A stretch of 51,422 nucleotides of DNA. It comes from an uncultured bacterium (GTDB taxonomy: Bacteria > SAR324 > NAC60-12). The translations under genes and the position numbers were made by a program. Each line of letters starts with the position of its first letter. Position 1 is the first letter of the stretch. The notes beneath the pieces were generated by a model that was not told the origin of the DNA, ran no database searches, and saw nothing but the letters and a program-made list of their open reading frames with translations. Of the stretch, positions 27,433 to 36,433 are shown in pieces. The stretch covers positions 1 to 51,422 of the forward strand of contig CBFIJD010000020.1 in the NCBI GenBank assembly GCA_965662845.1, read 5' to 3'.

Positions 27433-27969
27433 AAAAGCTCATCGGCATTGGGGTCAGTTAGGTGGGATGTTGCTTCAGTAGGATGAGACAAGAGAAGTCA
27501 TAGTCAAGGTTCTGTTGCGTGGCAAGTGCCGTCAAAAGACCGACCGCCCAGCATTCAGCGCCAAGGGTAACCGCTGAGCACGTCATGTCAAGAAACGAAC
27601 TATTCTTCTTCAAGAGAATTCTCATGTTTTTGAGCGTACCAGATCCATAAGCCGCAACGTCAAAGTTGTCGAAAATACCGAAAACCTGTTGAAAAAAATT
27701 TGTCTGTCACAAAAATTCCACAACGAACCTGTAAGATCTAATTTTATCAAATTTCGTTCATGTACTTTTCTCAATCCTGAATAAGAGGCTGAATATGGAA
27801 AGCGGAAAAAACCTCGCACTCTGGACTCTGGCAACCGTCACAATGATGATTTCATTACACTTTTTAGAAGCAATGCTTCTTCCACAAGTGGACATTCTAC
27901 TCTAAAACGATCTCTACGCTCCTCCCATAACGCTCCCCTTTTTTGACACAAAATTGCCACACTTATTGA

Positions 27970-28009
27970 TGCGTCACGATTTAGTAACACCGATTTAAAT
28001 CGTGATGCA
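27970..28009. repeat. 14-bp inverted repeat with nested palindrome in a long intergenic region
   Basis: TGCGTCACGATTTA-N12-TAAATCGTGATGCA (one G-T pair); CGATTTAAATCG at 27991-28002 is itself palindromic. Confidence 0.7.
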
Positions 28010-28246
28010 ACTCCTGCCTAATTAAGCACCAAAACTCTGAGCATCGCCTGCTTACCCAGACCAAGACGGCCCCCTCGCCTCGTCTGATTTGTGGGCCCAC
28101 AGCTCACTCCTCTCCTTTTCCATGAGCCACTTAGCGCACCCTGCGTGGACGCGTCGCCCCTCACAATTTTCTAACAAAGCTCTCGTAGACCTTTCAGCTC
28201 ATTTTTCCACCGCGCTCCGTTTTGCACCTCCCTTGGCTAACAATCT

Positions 28247-29791
28247 ATGATTGCTCAAACCAACACGGCGACCGTTCTTGGCATAGAGGCCTTTCCGATT
28301 ACGGTTGAAGTTGATGCTGCGCTCGGCCTCAACGCTTTCAATATTGTAGGTTTACCTGACAACACGATTCGCGAAAGTCGCGACCGCATTTTGTCGGCGC
28401 TGGGCAACATTGGCCTCACGATGCCCCCGCGCAAAATAGTCGTCAATCTTGCGCCTGCGCAGCTCCGGAAAGTCGGTTCCGGCTTTGACCTTCCGATCGC
28501 CGTCGCGCTCCTCGCCGCTCTCGGACACCTTCCTCTGGATGTGCTCCGTGAGCACCTTTTCAGCGCAGAGCTTTCATTAGATGGGACGCTTCGACCGGTC
28601 CGCGGCGTCTTGCCAATGGCGCTGCTCGCGCGGCGTCAACAATGGAAAAAATTTGTGCTGCACAGAGAGAACGAACCTGAAGCCGCCGTGGTGCCAGAAA
28701 TCGAGAGGGTTCCGGTCGGGACGCTTCAAGACGTCGTCTGTTACCTGCGAGGAGAAGCCCACTACCCCGCCAGTGACATCAACCCTCACGAGGTCTTCAC
28801 ACAGCAGCAGCGCTACGCCGAAGATCTGCAAGATGTGAAGGGGCAAGAGCACGTCAAACGCGCACTAGAAGTCGCGGCCGCTGGTAACCACAACTTGCTC
28901 ATGCTGGGACCCCCCGGCTCTGGCAAAACGATGCTCGCACGCCGCATGGTGACGATTCTACCTCCGCCTTCGTTTGAAGAAGCCCTCGAAATCACTCAGA
29001 TTCACAGCATCGCCGGGCTTTTGCCTTCAAACCAGCCACTGATCGCCACTCGTCCTTTTCGCGCCCCGCACCACACCATCTCACAAGCTGGGTTGGCCGG
29101 TGGTGGCAGTGTCCCGGGCCCCGGCGAGATTTCTCTCGGACACAACGGCGTGCTGTTTTTGGATGAACTCCCAGAGTTCCCAAGGAACGTGCTCGAGCTG
29201 CTCCGCCAACCTCTGGAGGATCGGCGTCTGACCATCTCGCGTGCCGCGATGTCGCTAGAATTCCCCTGTGACTTCATGCTGTTGGCCTCTATGAACCCAT
29301 GCCCCTGTGGCTACTATGGAACGCAGGCAACGCAAAGCGCGCAGCAGTGTCAGTGCACACCCCAACAAATTCAGAAGTACCGCGCCAAAATCTCAGGGCC
29401 ACTCTTAGACCGCATTGATCTGCATTTACAGGTTCCCGTAGTCGATCCGAACGAACTCGGCGACAGCCGCAAAGGAGAAAGCTCCGCAGCGATCCGCGAG
29501 CGCGTTCAAATCGCTCGTGAACGGCAGCTGCAGCGCTTTGAGGATTCTGCGACTCGCAACAACGCTGGGATGTCTCGACGCGAGCTGGAAGAACACGCCA
29601 CACCGACGCCAGCGGCGCAAAAGTTGCTGGAGACCGCCATGAGTCGCATGAACCTCAGCGCCCGGGCCTACGACCGGATTTTGAAAGTCTCGCGCACCAT
29701 CGCTGACTTGGCCGAAGCAGCATCTATCGACACTCCGCACTTGGCCGAAGCCGTTCAATATCGAAACTTAGACCGCCCGCTGCCAACCTGA
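28247..29791 (+). CDS. comM: ComM/YifB family Mg-chelatase-like AAA+ ATPase
   Basis: IVGLPD..RESRDR, GPPGSGKTMLAR, RPFRAPHHTIS, LFLDELPEF, MNPCPCG, SGPLLDRID. Confidence 0.95.
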   Translation: MIAQTNTATVLGIEAFPITVEVDAALGLNAFNIVGLPDNTIRESRDRILSALGNIGLTMPPRKIVVNLAPAQLRKVGSGFDLPIAVALLAALGHLPLDVLREHLFSAELSLDGTLRPVRGVLPMALLARRQQWKKFVLHRENEPEAAVVPEIERVPVGTLQDVVCYLRGEAHYPASDINPHEVFTQQQRYAEDLQDVKGQEHVKRALEVAAAGNHNLLMLGPPGSGKTMLARRMVTILPPPSFEEALEITQIHSIAGLLPSNQPLIATRPFRAPHHTISQAGLAGGGSVPGPGEISLGHNGVLFLDELPEFPRNVLELLRQPLEDRRLTISRAAMSLEFPCDFMLLASMNPCPCGYYGTQATQSAQQCQCTPQQIQKYRAKISGPLLDRIDLHLQVPVVDPNELGDSRKGESSAAIRERVQIARERQLQRFEDSATRNNAGMSRRELEEHATPTPAAQKLLETAMSRMNLSARAYDRILKVSRTIADLAEAASIDTPHLAEAVQYRNLDRPLPT

Positions 29792-29819
29792 CGCCTTCAC
29801 TCTTTCCCTCACGACTGGC

Positions 29820-30326
29820 ATGAGATCTCTTCTTTTTATTGCTATTTTTCTGACGTTATTTTCCAACCTGACGCTGGCTCAGAGTCCTTCCTCCGACAAC
29901 CTTACCGAGTCCAAACGCAGAGACATTCACTTTCTGATGGAGCTGACCGGCACCAGTGAACTCGCGCGTCAGATGGTCCGCATTGGAGCCAAACAACTGA
30001 CCGAAGCGGTGAGACTCCGCGATCCCAATCTCCCCGCGACGTTGCTGACGATTTTAGAAGGCGAGATGCAGCGGATGATGGAGGAAGAATTGGAAGGCCC
30101 AGATGGGCTCTTGGAAGAGTTTGTACCGATTTATCATCGACACTATACGCACGCCGAAGTGAAGGAGCTGCTCGCGTTCTATCGCACTCCCCTCGGCAGA
30201 AAGAGCGCGCGGGTGACTCCGCTCATTTTGCGAGACGGCGTCACGCAAAGCAAAGCTTGGCTCGAAGAGGCCGGCCCACGCTTGCGCACGAAGTTGCAGC
30301 GGCGTTTTGAAGGGCTATTGCCCTAG
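29820..30326 (+). CDS. DUF2059-like secreted protein
   Basis: Signal peptide; IYHRHYTHAEVKELLAFYRTPLGRK. Confidence 0.85.
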   Translation: MRSLLFIAIFLTLFSNLTLAQSPSSDNLTESKRRDIHFLMELTGTSELARQMVRIGAKQLTEAVRLRDPNLPATLLTILEGEMQRMMEEELEGPDGLLEEFVPIYHRHYTHAEVKELLAFYRTPLGRKSARVTPLILRDGVTQSKAWLEEAGPRLRTKLQRRFEGLLP

Positions 30327-32936
30327 CGCAGAGCCTTCTGCGGGGAGAGGCGGAAAGTAAATGTCAAAGGTGGTCCCTTCGCCGACTTGGCTGCGACATG
30401 TGAAGCGAGCGTTGTGATCCTTCAGGATCATGTTGCTGATCGACATCCCCAATCCGGTGCCTCTCCCAGCTTTTTTGGTGGTAAAAAACGATTCAATCAT
30501 ACGCGCCTGCACTTTCTCGCTCATGCCGCACCCAGTGTCTTGAATGCGCAAGACTGTCTCCTCAGCTTCCTGCCAAACTTTCAGCAGCAGCCTCCGCTGA
30601 TCAGACTCCCGCATCGCATCGCGGGCGTTGCTCACAAAGTTGGTCACCACCTGCTCCAGCGCGTTCGCGTCTCCCCAAATCCGCACCGGATCCTCTGGCA
30701 GTAGCGTCGTCACTTCAATCCCGTTGTGACGCAAACTTGCTCCCATCAACATCAGCGTGTTTTCCAGCACTTGCCGCAGCAAGATGGGGGCTTTCGTCTC
30801 GCTGCCCAGCTCGTCTTTGCGGGTGTAGCGCAGCATGTGCTCGATGATACTGTTGCAGCGATCTACCGCGCTGGTGATCGTCTCCAAGTGGCGCACGAGC
30901 TCAAACTCAATCCCCATTTCGTGAAAGTCGGTCAACATCTCTGCCGTGTTCAAGATCGCACCCAGCGGATTTTTCAGTTCGTGCGTGATGCCTGCGGTCA
31001 ACTCTCCAATCGCGGCAAGTTTTGCAGAGTGCAAGAGTTGCGTCTGGGCTTCTTGGATACTCCGTTGGTCTTGCACATGGACGATCACTAGCCGCAAGCG
31101 CCCATCTTCTCGCCGCATGGCCGACGCCCCAACATTGACTGGAATCGGGGTTCCGTCTTTCGCGCGGTAGGTGCGCTCCACTCGATATCCGTCGCTCTCA
31201 CCAGTCGCGAGCAGCTCGAAAGACTTCATGACCTCTGAGTAGGAATCCGCGTCTAGGAGCACAGCGGGATCGCGCCCCACCAGCTCTTCTTCTTCATAAT
31301 TCAGCATTTGCCGCAGCGCTCGATTCACTCGCACCACCTGCATCCGATCGTTCAGCAGCAAGAAGCCATCAAACGCGTTCTCAAACGCTTGCTGAAAGAT
31401 CATTTGACTCTCTCGCAAGCGCCGTTCTTGCGCTAGCTGTCGCGTGATGTCTTGCGCAGTCCCAATCACACGTTGTGGTTTCCCGTTGTCGCCCCAAAGG
31501 CATTGCCACGAGATGCGCAGTGTGCTCTCTTCGCCATCTTTGCGGATCAGGCGGAGCACTTGAGAGAAGCGTTCGCTTGTGCGTAGCGACTCTTCGTATT
31601 GGTCGCGGAACACTTGCTCGTCTTCGAGCAACAGGTGGCGGGATGGAATCGTGGCGGGGTCTCCTTTGCCTGGCGGATAGCCATACATGCGATACATTTC
31701 GTCAGACCAGAAGATTTCACCTGTCTGCAAATTGTCTGACCAGCTTCCAACGTGGGCCAAATGCTGCGTGAGGTTGAAGAGCAGCTCGCGCTCGCGGAGG
31801 CGTAGCTCAACATTTTTCTTGCCCGTCACGTCTCGCCACACGCCGACCCACACTAGCTCGCTCGCGGCTTCTTCTACTTTTCGGACGGACTCTTCAATCC
31901 ATCGCCATTCGCCGTTCGCGTGCTGCCAGCGATATTCTCCATACCAATCCTCGCTGTTTTGCAGGTGCTGCAAACGAGCTTCTCGGCGAGGCAAATCTTC
32001 TGGGTGCAGTCGCTCTCGCCACAGAGTGGGGACTTCGCGAAAATGTGCGACTGAGTAGCCCGTCACAGCTTGCACCTGTTCGCTCACAAACGCGGGTTGC
32101 TCCAAACGCTTCTCTTGCAACCAAAACGGCGCAACAGGCTGATTGTGAAGCAACAACGACATTTGTGCGTTCGCTTGGCGTTGCTGTTCTACGGCTTCTT
32201 GGAGCTCGGTGATGTCTACAAATGTCGAGACGAGCGCGGCTTGTCCGTCATATTCCAACGGGCACGTCGAGAACAAACACCAGAAACGTGAGCTGTCTTT
32301 GCGCCGAAAGCAGATCTTCCAGTCTTTCACGAAGCGCTTCTGCTGGAGTTCCGCCAACAAAAGAGCGCGGTCATTTGGATCGTCATAAAAATCCGGGGCC
32401 TTGTGACCCACGACGTCCTCAGACTGAACTTGAAAGAGCTGTGCTGCGCGTTGATTGAGATACAGGATCGTGCCGTCGACCACAGAAGTAATCACCACCG
32501 GAAGTGTGAGCGCCTCGTGCAACGCGCGAAAGTTTTCCCCATCTCGTCGCGCTTGCTCGAAGCGCTCTTGCAGAGGCGTTGCGTCATGCACCACACTCAG
32601 CACTTTCGGCCCTTCTGCTGTCGCCATCATCCGAGCAGAGAGCAGCCCCCAGACGAGCTCACCGGCTAAGGTGCGAAACAGCGTCTGTCGGCTGCGAACC
32701 GTCGTTCCGGCTTTGAGTTGCTGTTGAATTTCGCGCTGTGCCATCGGGTCAGCGAAGAGTTCCTGCGTCGACCTCCCCTGCATCGCGGTGACCGTTGCGT
32801 CATGGATTGCGGCTGTGTGTTGATTCACCCGCAAAATCGTGCCGTCAAGGTCAGAGAGCATCAGAGCCGCTGGGATCTCATCCCAATCCAACATAAATCC
32901 ATGCTTGGTAAAATCGTCCGCAGTATTTTCTGACAT
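30315..32936 (-). CDS. Cytoplasmic multi-PAS sensor histidine kinase
   Basis: About five PAS/PAC units; KLAAIGELTAGITHELKNPL H-box; NARDA, DTGCG, FFTTK..G.GTGLG; no TM segment. Confidence 0.92.
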   Translation of the reverse strand: MSENTADDFTKHGFMLDWDEIPAALMLSDLDGTILRVNQHTAAIHDATVTAMQGRSTQELFADPMAQREIQQQLKAGTTVRSRQTLFRTLAGELVWGLLSARMMATAEGPKVLSVVHDATPLQERFEQARRDGENFRALHEALTLPVVITSVVDGTILYLNQRAAQLFQVQSEDVVGHKAPDFYDDPNDRALLLAELQQKRFVKDWKICFRRKDSSRFWCLFSTCPLEYDGQAALVSTFVDITELQEAVEQQRQANAQMSLLLHNQPVAPFWLQEKRLEQPAFVSEQVQAVTGYSVAHFREVPTLWRERLHPEDLPRREARLQHLQNSEDWYGEYRWQHANGEWRWIEESVRKVEEAASELVWVGVWRDVTGKKNVELRLRERELLFNLTQHLAHVGSWSDNLQTGEIFWSDEMYRMYGYPPGKGDPATIPSRHLLLEDEQVFRDQYEESLRTSERFSQVLRLIRKDGEESTLRISWQCLWGDNGKPQRVIGTAQDITRQLAQERRLRESQMIFQQAFENAFDGFLLLNDRMQVVRVNRALRQMLNYEEEELVGRDPAVLLDADSYSEVMKSFELLATGESDGYRVERTYRAKDGTPIPVNVGASAMRREDGRLRLVIVHVQDQRSIQEAQTQLLHSAKLAAIGELTAGITHELKNPLGAILNTAEMLTDFHEMGIEFELVRHLETITSAVDRCNSIIEHMLRYTRKDELGSETKAPILLRQVLENTLMLMGASLRHNGIEVTTLLPEDPVRIWGDANALEQVVTNFVSNARDAMRESDQRRLLLKVWQEAEETVLRIQDTGCGMSEKVQARMIESFFTTKKAGRGTGLGMSISNMILKDHNARFTCRSQVGEGTTFDIYFPPLPAEGSALGQ

Positions 32937-33071
32937 AGCCCTTTCGAGTTATGGGGTGAAGCGGGTTGTTTGAAGCGTCCCAGCAAGAACTAGGCGAGTG
33001 TCACTGAAGGAGCAAGCGACAAGTCATAAAATTTTGCCGTCAAAAAATAGTTGTGCGGTCTCCTAAATTTA

Positions 33072-33110
33072 TTGACAACACGATTAGCACTTGCCAACTT
33101 AGAGTGCTAA
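33072..33110 (+). promoter_or_regulatory. CIRCE element (HrcA operator) overlapping a sigma70 promoter
   Basis: TTAGCACTT-GCCAACTTA-GAGTGCTAA (33084-33110), 17/18 match to TTAGCACTC-N9-GAGTGCTAA; TTGACA at 33072-33077. Confidence 0.9.
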
Positions 33111-33136
33111 CAGTCAACTCAATTTGAGGAGGTTCA

Positions 33137-33376
33137 ATGGCAAGTTCTGATGTTGTTTGGAATGGAGAGCTTTTCGAAGATGAATCTTGGAAAGAAGATC
33201 GTGCGAAAGAGCAGCAACGCGCCGAAATCCAAGCGGCGGTGCAACAGTTCTTGCGCAAAGGAAAAGAGATCCAAGTGCTGCCCCCCCAGCCGGAGCGCGA
33301 AACTCGTCGTGTTTCTACCGAACGCTGGGGAGGCGCATACGAAGATTTTTCGGACATGTTCTCCAGTTTAAACTAA
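33137..33376 (+). CDS. Small SutA-like protein (putative RNA polymerase-binding)
   Basis: GAGGAGG RBS; acidic N-terminus then AKEQQRAEIQAAVQQFLRKGKEIQVLPP, resembling SutA AK.KER..LA.AMEEFL.RGG.VQ.I.P. Confidence 0.7.
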   Translation: MASSDVVWNGELFEDESWKEDRAKEQQRAEIQAAVQQFLRKGKEIQVLPPQPERETRRVSTERWGGAYEDFSDMFSSLN

Positions 33377-33388
33377 GCCTATCTTCTA

Positions 33389-33417
33389 CCGAAACCGACT
33401 CTCTTGTGCGGTTTCGG
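33389..33417 (+). terminator. Stem-loop after the SutA-like gene (probable terminator)
   Basis: CCGAAACCG-N11-CGGTTTCGG followed by a pyrimidine-rich tract. Confidence 0.5.
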
Positions 33418-33549
33418 ACACTCCTCTCTCCATTTTTCACACCTGCGCGCACTCTCTCACTTCGCTTTCTCTGCGAAAGGCAGCCTCGTTGCATCACCTC
33501 GCACCTCAAACTTTTCAGTCCCGTTTTATTTCTCTTTTGGAGGCGCAAG

Positions 33550-34233
33550 GTGAGTTCACTTCTCTTCCGGCGCGTTTGCGTAATCGGTAGCTTCTATCTC
33601 CTCACGGTCGCTGCGACATCCACAACGTATGCGGATATTCTCTTGCGAGTGCACTATCAATCGCAATCCCTCAGCACAGAGGACGGCTACGGCGCCTTCC
33701 TTCAGGAGCGCTATGGAGCGTCTCCTGTGCTCACGGGCACAGGGTTCTCGGGCTTCTTTCGCGGTGCAGATTCTGCGTTTGGTCTAGGTGTAGAGCTCAG
33801 CTCGCTTGAGAGTGACATCAACTACAAGACCCTGAATGGCGAGGAGCAGACCAACTCGCTGCGGTTGCAGAGTTCCATTTTGCTGGCGACGTACACGGTG
33901 GAGAGCTGGGAGTTGGGGGCCGGACTTGGAACCAACGAACTCACGCGAACGTTCAACGGATACCAAGATGTTAACATTGTCACAGATAATATCGGGGATC
34001 AGGAGGGCACCGTGGAGGTGACGACCGCAGGAACCGTGACCGCTCTTCAGCTCCTGTATCGTTGGGGCTTAGGAAAATTGAGCGTAGACGGCGGGCTGCG
34101 CTATACCGCCAGCGAACATGAGATTCCGGCAACCGATGCGCGCCCAGCTTATTCTAGCCTTGGCGTGCCAGAAGCACAGACGTTCAACCTCGGCGGGATG
34201 GGCTTCCTGCTGTCGCTAACCTATCAACTTTAG
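33550..34233 (+). CDS. Putative small outer-membrane beta-barrel protein
   Basis: GGAGG RBS plus GTG 33550, signal peptide, alternating hydrophobic strands, C-terminal LSLTYQL. Confidence 0.6.
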   Translation: MSSLLFRRVCVIGSFYLLTVAATSTTYADILLRVHYQSQSLSTEDGYGAFLQERYGASPVLTGTGFSGFFRGADSAFGLGVELSSLESDINYKTLNGEEQTNSLRLQSSILLATYTVESWELGAGLGTNELTRTFNGYQDVNIVTDNIGDQEGTVEVTTAGTVTALQLLYRWGLGKLSVDGGLRYTASEHEIPATDARPAYSSLGVPEAQTFNLGGMGFLLSLTYQL

Positions 34234-34242
34234 GACTCGAAG

Positions 34243-34926
34243 ATGTGTCAACTCACACGCAGAAATTTATTGCTGGGAGCATCCGGCCTGCTCCTCTTTG
34301 CAGGGTGCGCTCAGGAAGAAGTCACGCAAGCCAATGACTATTATCCCGTGACACAAGACGAAAAAGATCCTTGGATCTTGCACTGGGGCAAAAACAGCAC
34401 GATTCAAGTCAACACCGCAGCCTCAGGTTCGCCGTCAGCCTCGCAGCTTGCGGTTTTTGAAGCCGGCCTTGAACAGTGGGTCGCCACCCTCAGCCAGCTA
34501 GGGATCACGCTCTCCTATTCCACCACATCCCCAGATGTAAACGTCAACTGGCTGACGCCATCACAGATGGCTTCCACCGCAGGCAGTGACAGCGTCTTGG
34601 GATATGCTTCGACCAATAAGAATATCTACATGCGCACCGACTTGGACAACTCCACTATCCAATCCACGGGAGTTCATGAGTTTGGCCACATGTTGGGCAT
34701 CTGGAGTCACAGCTTTGACCGCGCAGACATTATGTATCCGTATGACTTAGGGCAGACAGAGTTGACCAGTCGTGACATCGCGACGCTGCGCGATTTTCTC
34801 TACCAGCTCACACCGTCTTATGACATGCACAATCTCAGCGGGCCCAGCACGTCTGGAGGCATTGTCATCCCAGAGATGCGGACGTATTACACGTCGCAAG
34901 GGTGCAGCATCGTCCAATACTCATAA
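34243..34926 (+). CDS. Matrixin-like (metzincin) zinc metalloprotease lipoprotein
   Basis: TRRNLL twin-arginine plus lipobox FAGC; HEFGHMLGIWSH; DIMYP Met-turn. Confidence 0.85.
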   Translation: MCQLTRRNLLLGASGLLLFAGCAQEEVTQANDYYPVTQDEKDPWILHWGKNSTIQVNTAASGSPSASQLAVFEAGLEQWVATLSQLGITLSYSTTSPDVNVNWLTPSQMASTAGSDSVLGYASTNKNIYMRTDLDNSTIQSTGVHEFGHMLGIWSHSFDRADIMYPYDLGQTELTSRDIATLRDFLYQLTPSYDMHNLSGPSTSGGIVIPEMRTYYTSQGCSIVQYS

Positions 34927-34953
34927 GTCTTGAACTCCACACGAGAGAACCCC

Positions 34954-35529
34954 ATGTACGTTCCCTGTGCTTCTCCACGCAGACATCGAGGTTGGCTGTC
35001 TCTCCTCGTTGGTGGGCTGTTGTTAGGATGTGCGGCCGACACCTCCTCGGAAAACGCAGCCAATACGCAAAGTGTCGCAGACACCCTGACCCGCCAACTC
35101 ACGGTTACGGCAAACGGAGTTGAGGGCCTCGCCACAACCGAGGGATTCCCCCTCTCGACCAATACAGGCGCAGCACCACAAATCACGACGCCAACCGAGC
35201 AGACCTTCTCTGCGGGGTCCACCAGTCTGTTGCCGATCACTTACGTGGCAAACGCCCCCACCTCATCATTCGAGATCCGCCTCCAGCTTTCCGAGAATGC
35301 GACCAAGCAGCTGCTCTTCAGCCCACTGACCACAAGCGCAATCACGACCGGCTCAGGCTCCACCGAGACCAACCTCGCCATCACCGTGCCTGCCAACATT
35401 TGTGACGACTTGCCCCCCATCATCGTCTCAACCCGTCTGCAGACACAGGTTCAGGTTGACACTCACATCAGCAACACGGCCTCCACAACCGTCACACTCG
35501 ACTGTAGTACTGGCATTGCCACAAACTGA
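34954..35529 (+). CDS. Thr/Ser-rich lipoprotein
   Basis: Lipobox LLGC; beta-rich composition; two further Cys. Confidence 0.65.
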   Translation: MYVPCASPRRHRGWLSLLVGGLLLGCAADTSSENAANTQSVADTLTRQLTVTANGVEGLATTEGFPLSTNTGAAPQITTPTEQTFSAGSTSLLPITYVANAPTSSFEIRLQLSENATKQLLFSPLTTSAITTGSGSTETNLAITVPANICDDLPPIIVSTRLQTQVQVDTHISNTASTTVTLDCSTGIATN

Positions 35530-35722
35530 ACCGCTCCCTTCGGGTAGTCCAGACGCTGTGCGATGAGGTTTTTTCAGGGAAGAGAGATCGACGCGCAGGG
35601 CAGATGCGGTGGTTGAGATGGTGGGAGAACGCCAACCTTGGGCCAACTTTGGGCGGCCCCGAGGAGTCTTGGGTCTTAGCGGTACTGTCGTCTCAGATCA
35701 GAGCAATGGCGGAGAGGCTCGC

Positions 35723-36433
35723 CTAGAAGCCTAAGTAGAAGCCGATGTAGGAACCGATGCCTCCCAACTGGAGGGTCTTGTTGCGAGATTCTACAACGAG
35801 AGGAGCATAGATATAATATTGCGATAGCATGACGCCGTAGTCGCCGGAGGGGAAGCGCACACCCCACTTGTAATAATACGGCTCCAGTACCTCGCCAAAC
35901 ACGACGGAGGAGGTTGTCGATCCATCTGCTTCGACGAGCGTCTCTTCCACCTTGGTCAGATAGTTCCCAGTCCCCAGCCCAAAGAATGGATAGAACCAGC
36001 CCAGTCGACCGTACAGACTCAGGCCATACAACACGCCAATCACTTCGGTCTCGACTCTGGAACCGTCGCTCCCAAACTCGAACTCTTGGTTGTAATTTGG
36101 GAGCAAGAACACGCCGCTTGGTGGATCATTTTGGGCAATTCCCGACAGCAAATCCAGACTAAAACCAATCCCTAAGCCGCTGCTCACACGGTAGTACTCA
36201 AAAGAAATTACCGTCGGTTGCACGGTTTCGTCTGCTTTCAAACTTCCGTACTCGTCTTCCAAGCTGTTGAGATAGGGGCTGTCACCGGCAAACGGCTGCG
36301 GCACTCTGCTCGTGTCAATGCTCCCAAACTGAATCGATGTGAAGTAAAAGGTCTGCTCCACCGCGTGCGCGGACACGGCGCTCCAGCACATGAGCGTCGC
36401 GAAGATGAGCCAACTTTTTGCGCGTTTCACCAT
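35723..36433 (-). CDS. Putative outer-membrane beta-barrel protein
   Basis: Signal peptide ending AHA; YPFFGLGTG; C-terminal IGFYLGF. Confidence 0.7.
   Translation of the reverse strand: MVKRAKSWLIFATLMCWSAVSAHAVEQTFYFTSIQFGSIDTSRVPQPFAGDSPYLNSLEDEYGSLKADETVQPTVISFEYYRVSSGLGIGFSLDLLSGIAQNDPPSGVFLLPNYNQEFEFGSDGSRVETEVIGVLYGLSLYGRLGWFYPFFGLGTGNYLTKVEETLVEADGSTTSSVVFGEVLEPYYYKWGVRFPSGDYGVMLSQYYIYAPLVVESRNKTLQLGGIGSYIGFYLGF

Noticed and set aside
27622..27834. 70-aa minus-strand ORF in the intergenic gap
   Set aside because: AT-rich atypical composition, no convincing RBS or motif
27433..28246. Replication origin
   Set aside because: Only degenerate DnaA-box-like words, no dnaA/dnaN/gidA neighbours, and no evident strand-composition switch by eye
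28247..29791. comM as a genomic-island integration site
   Set aside because: Gene is intact; no integrase or att-like duplication seen
33187..33549. N-terminal 121 aa of the 348-aa track ORF
   Set aside because: Overlaps the SutA-like gene and its hairpin; a GTG with RBS and signal peptide begins at 33550
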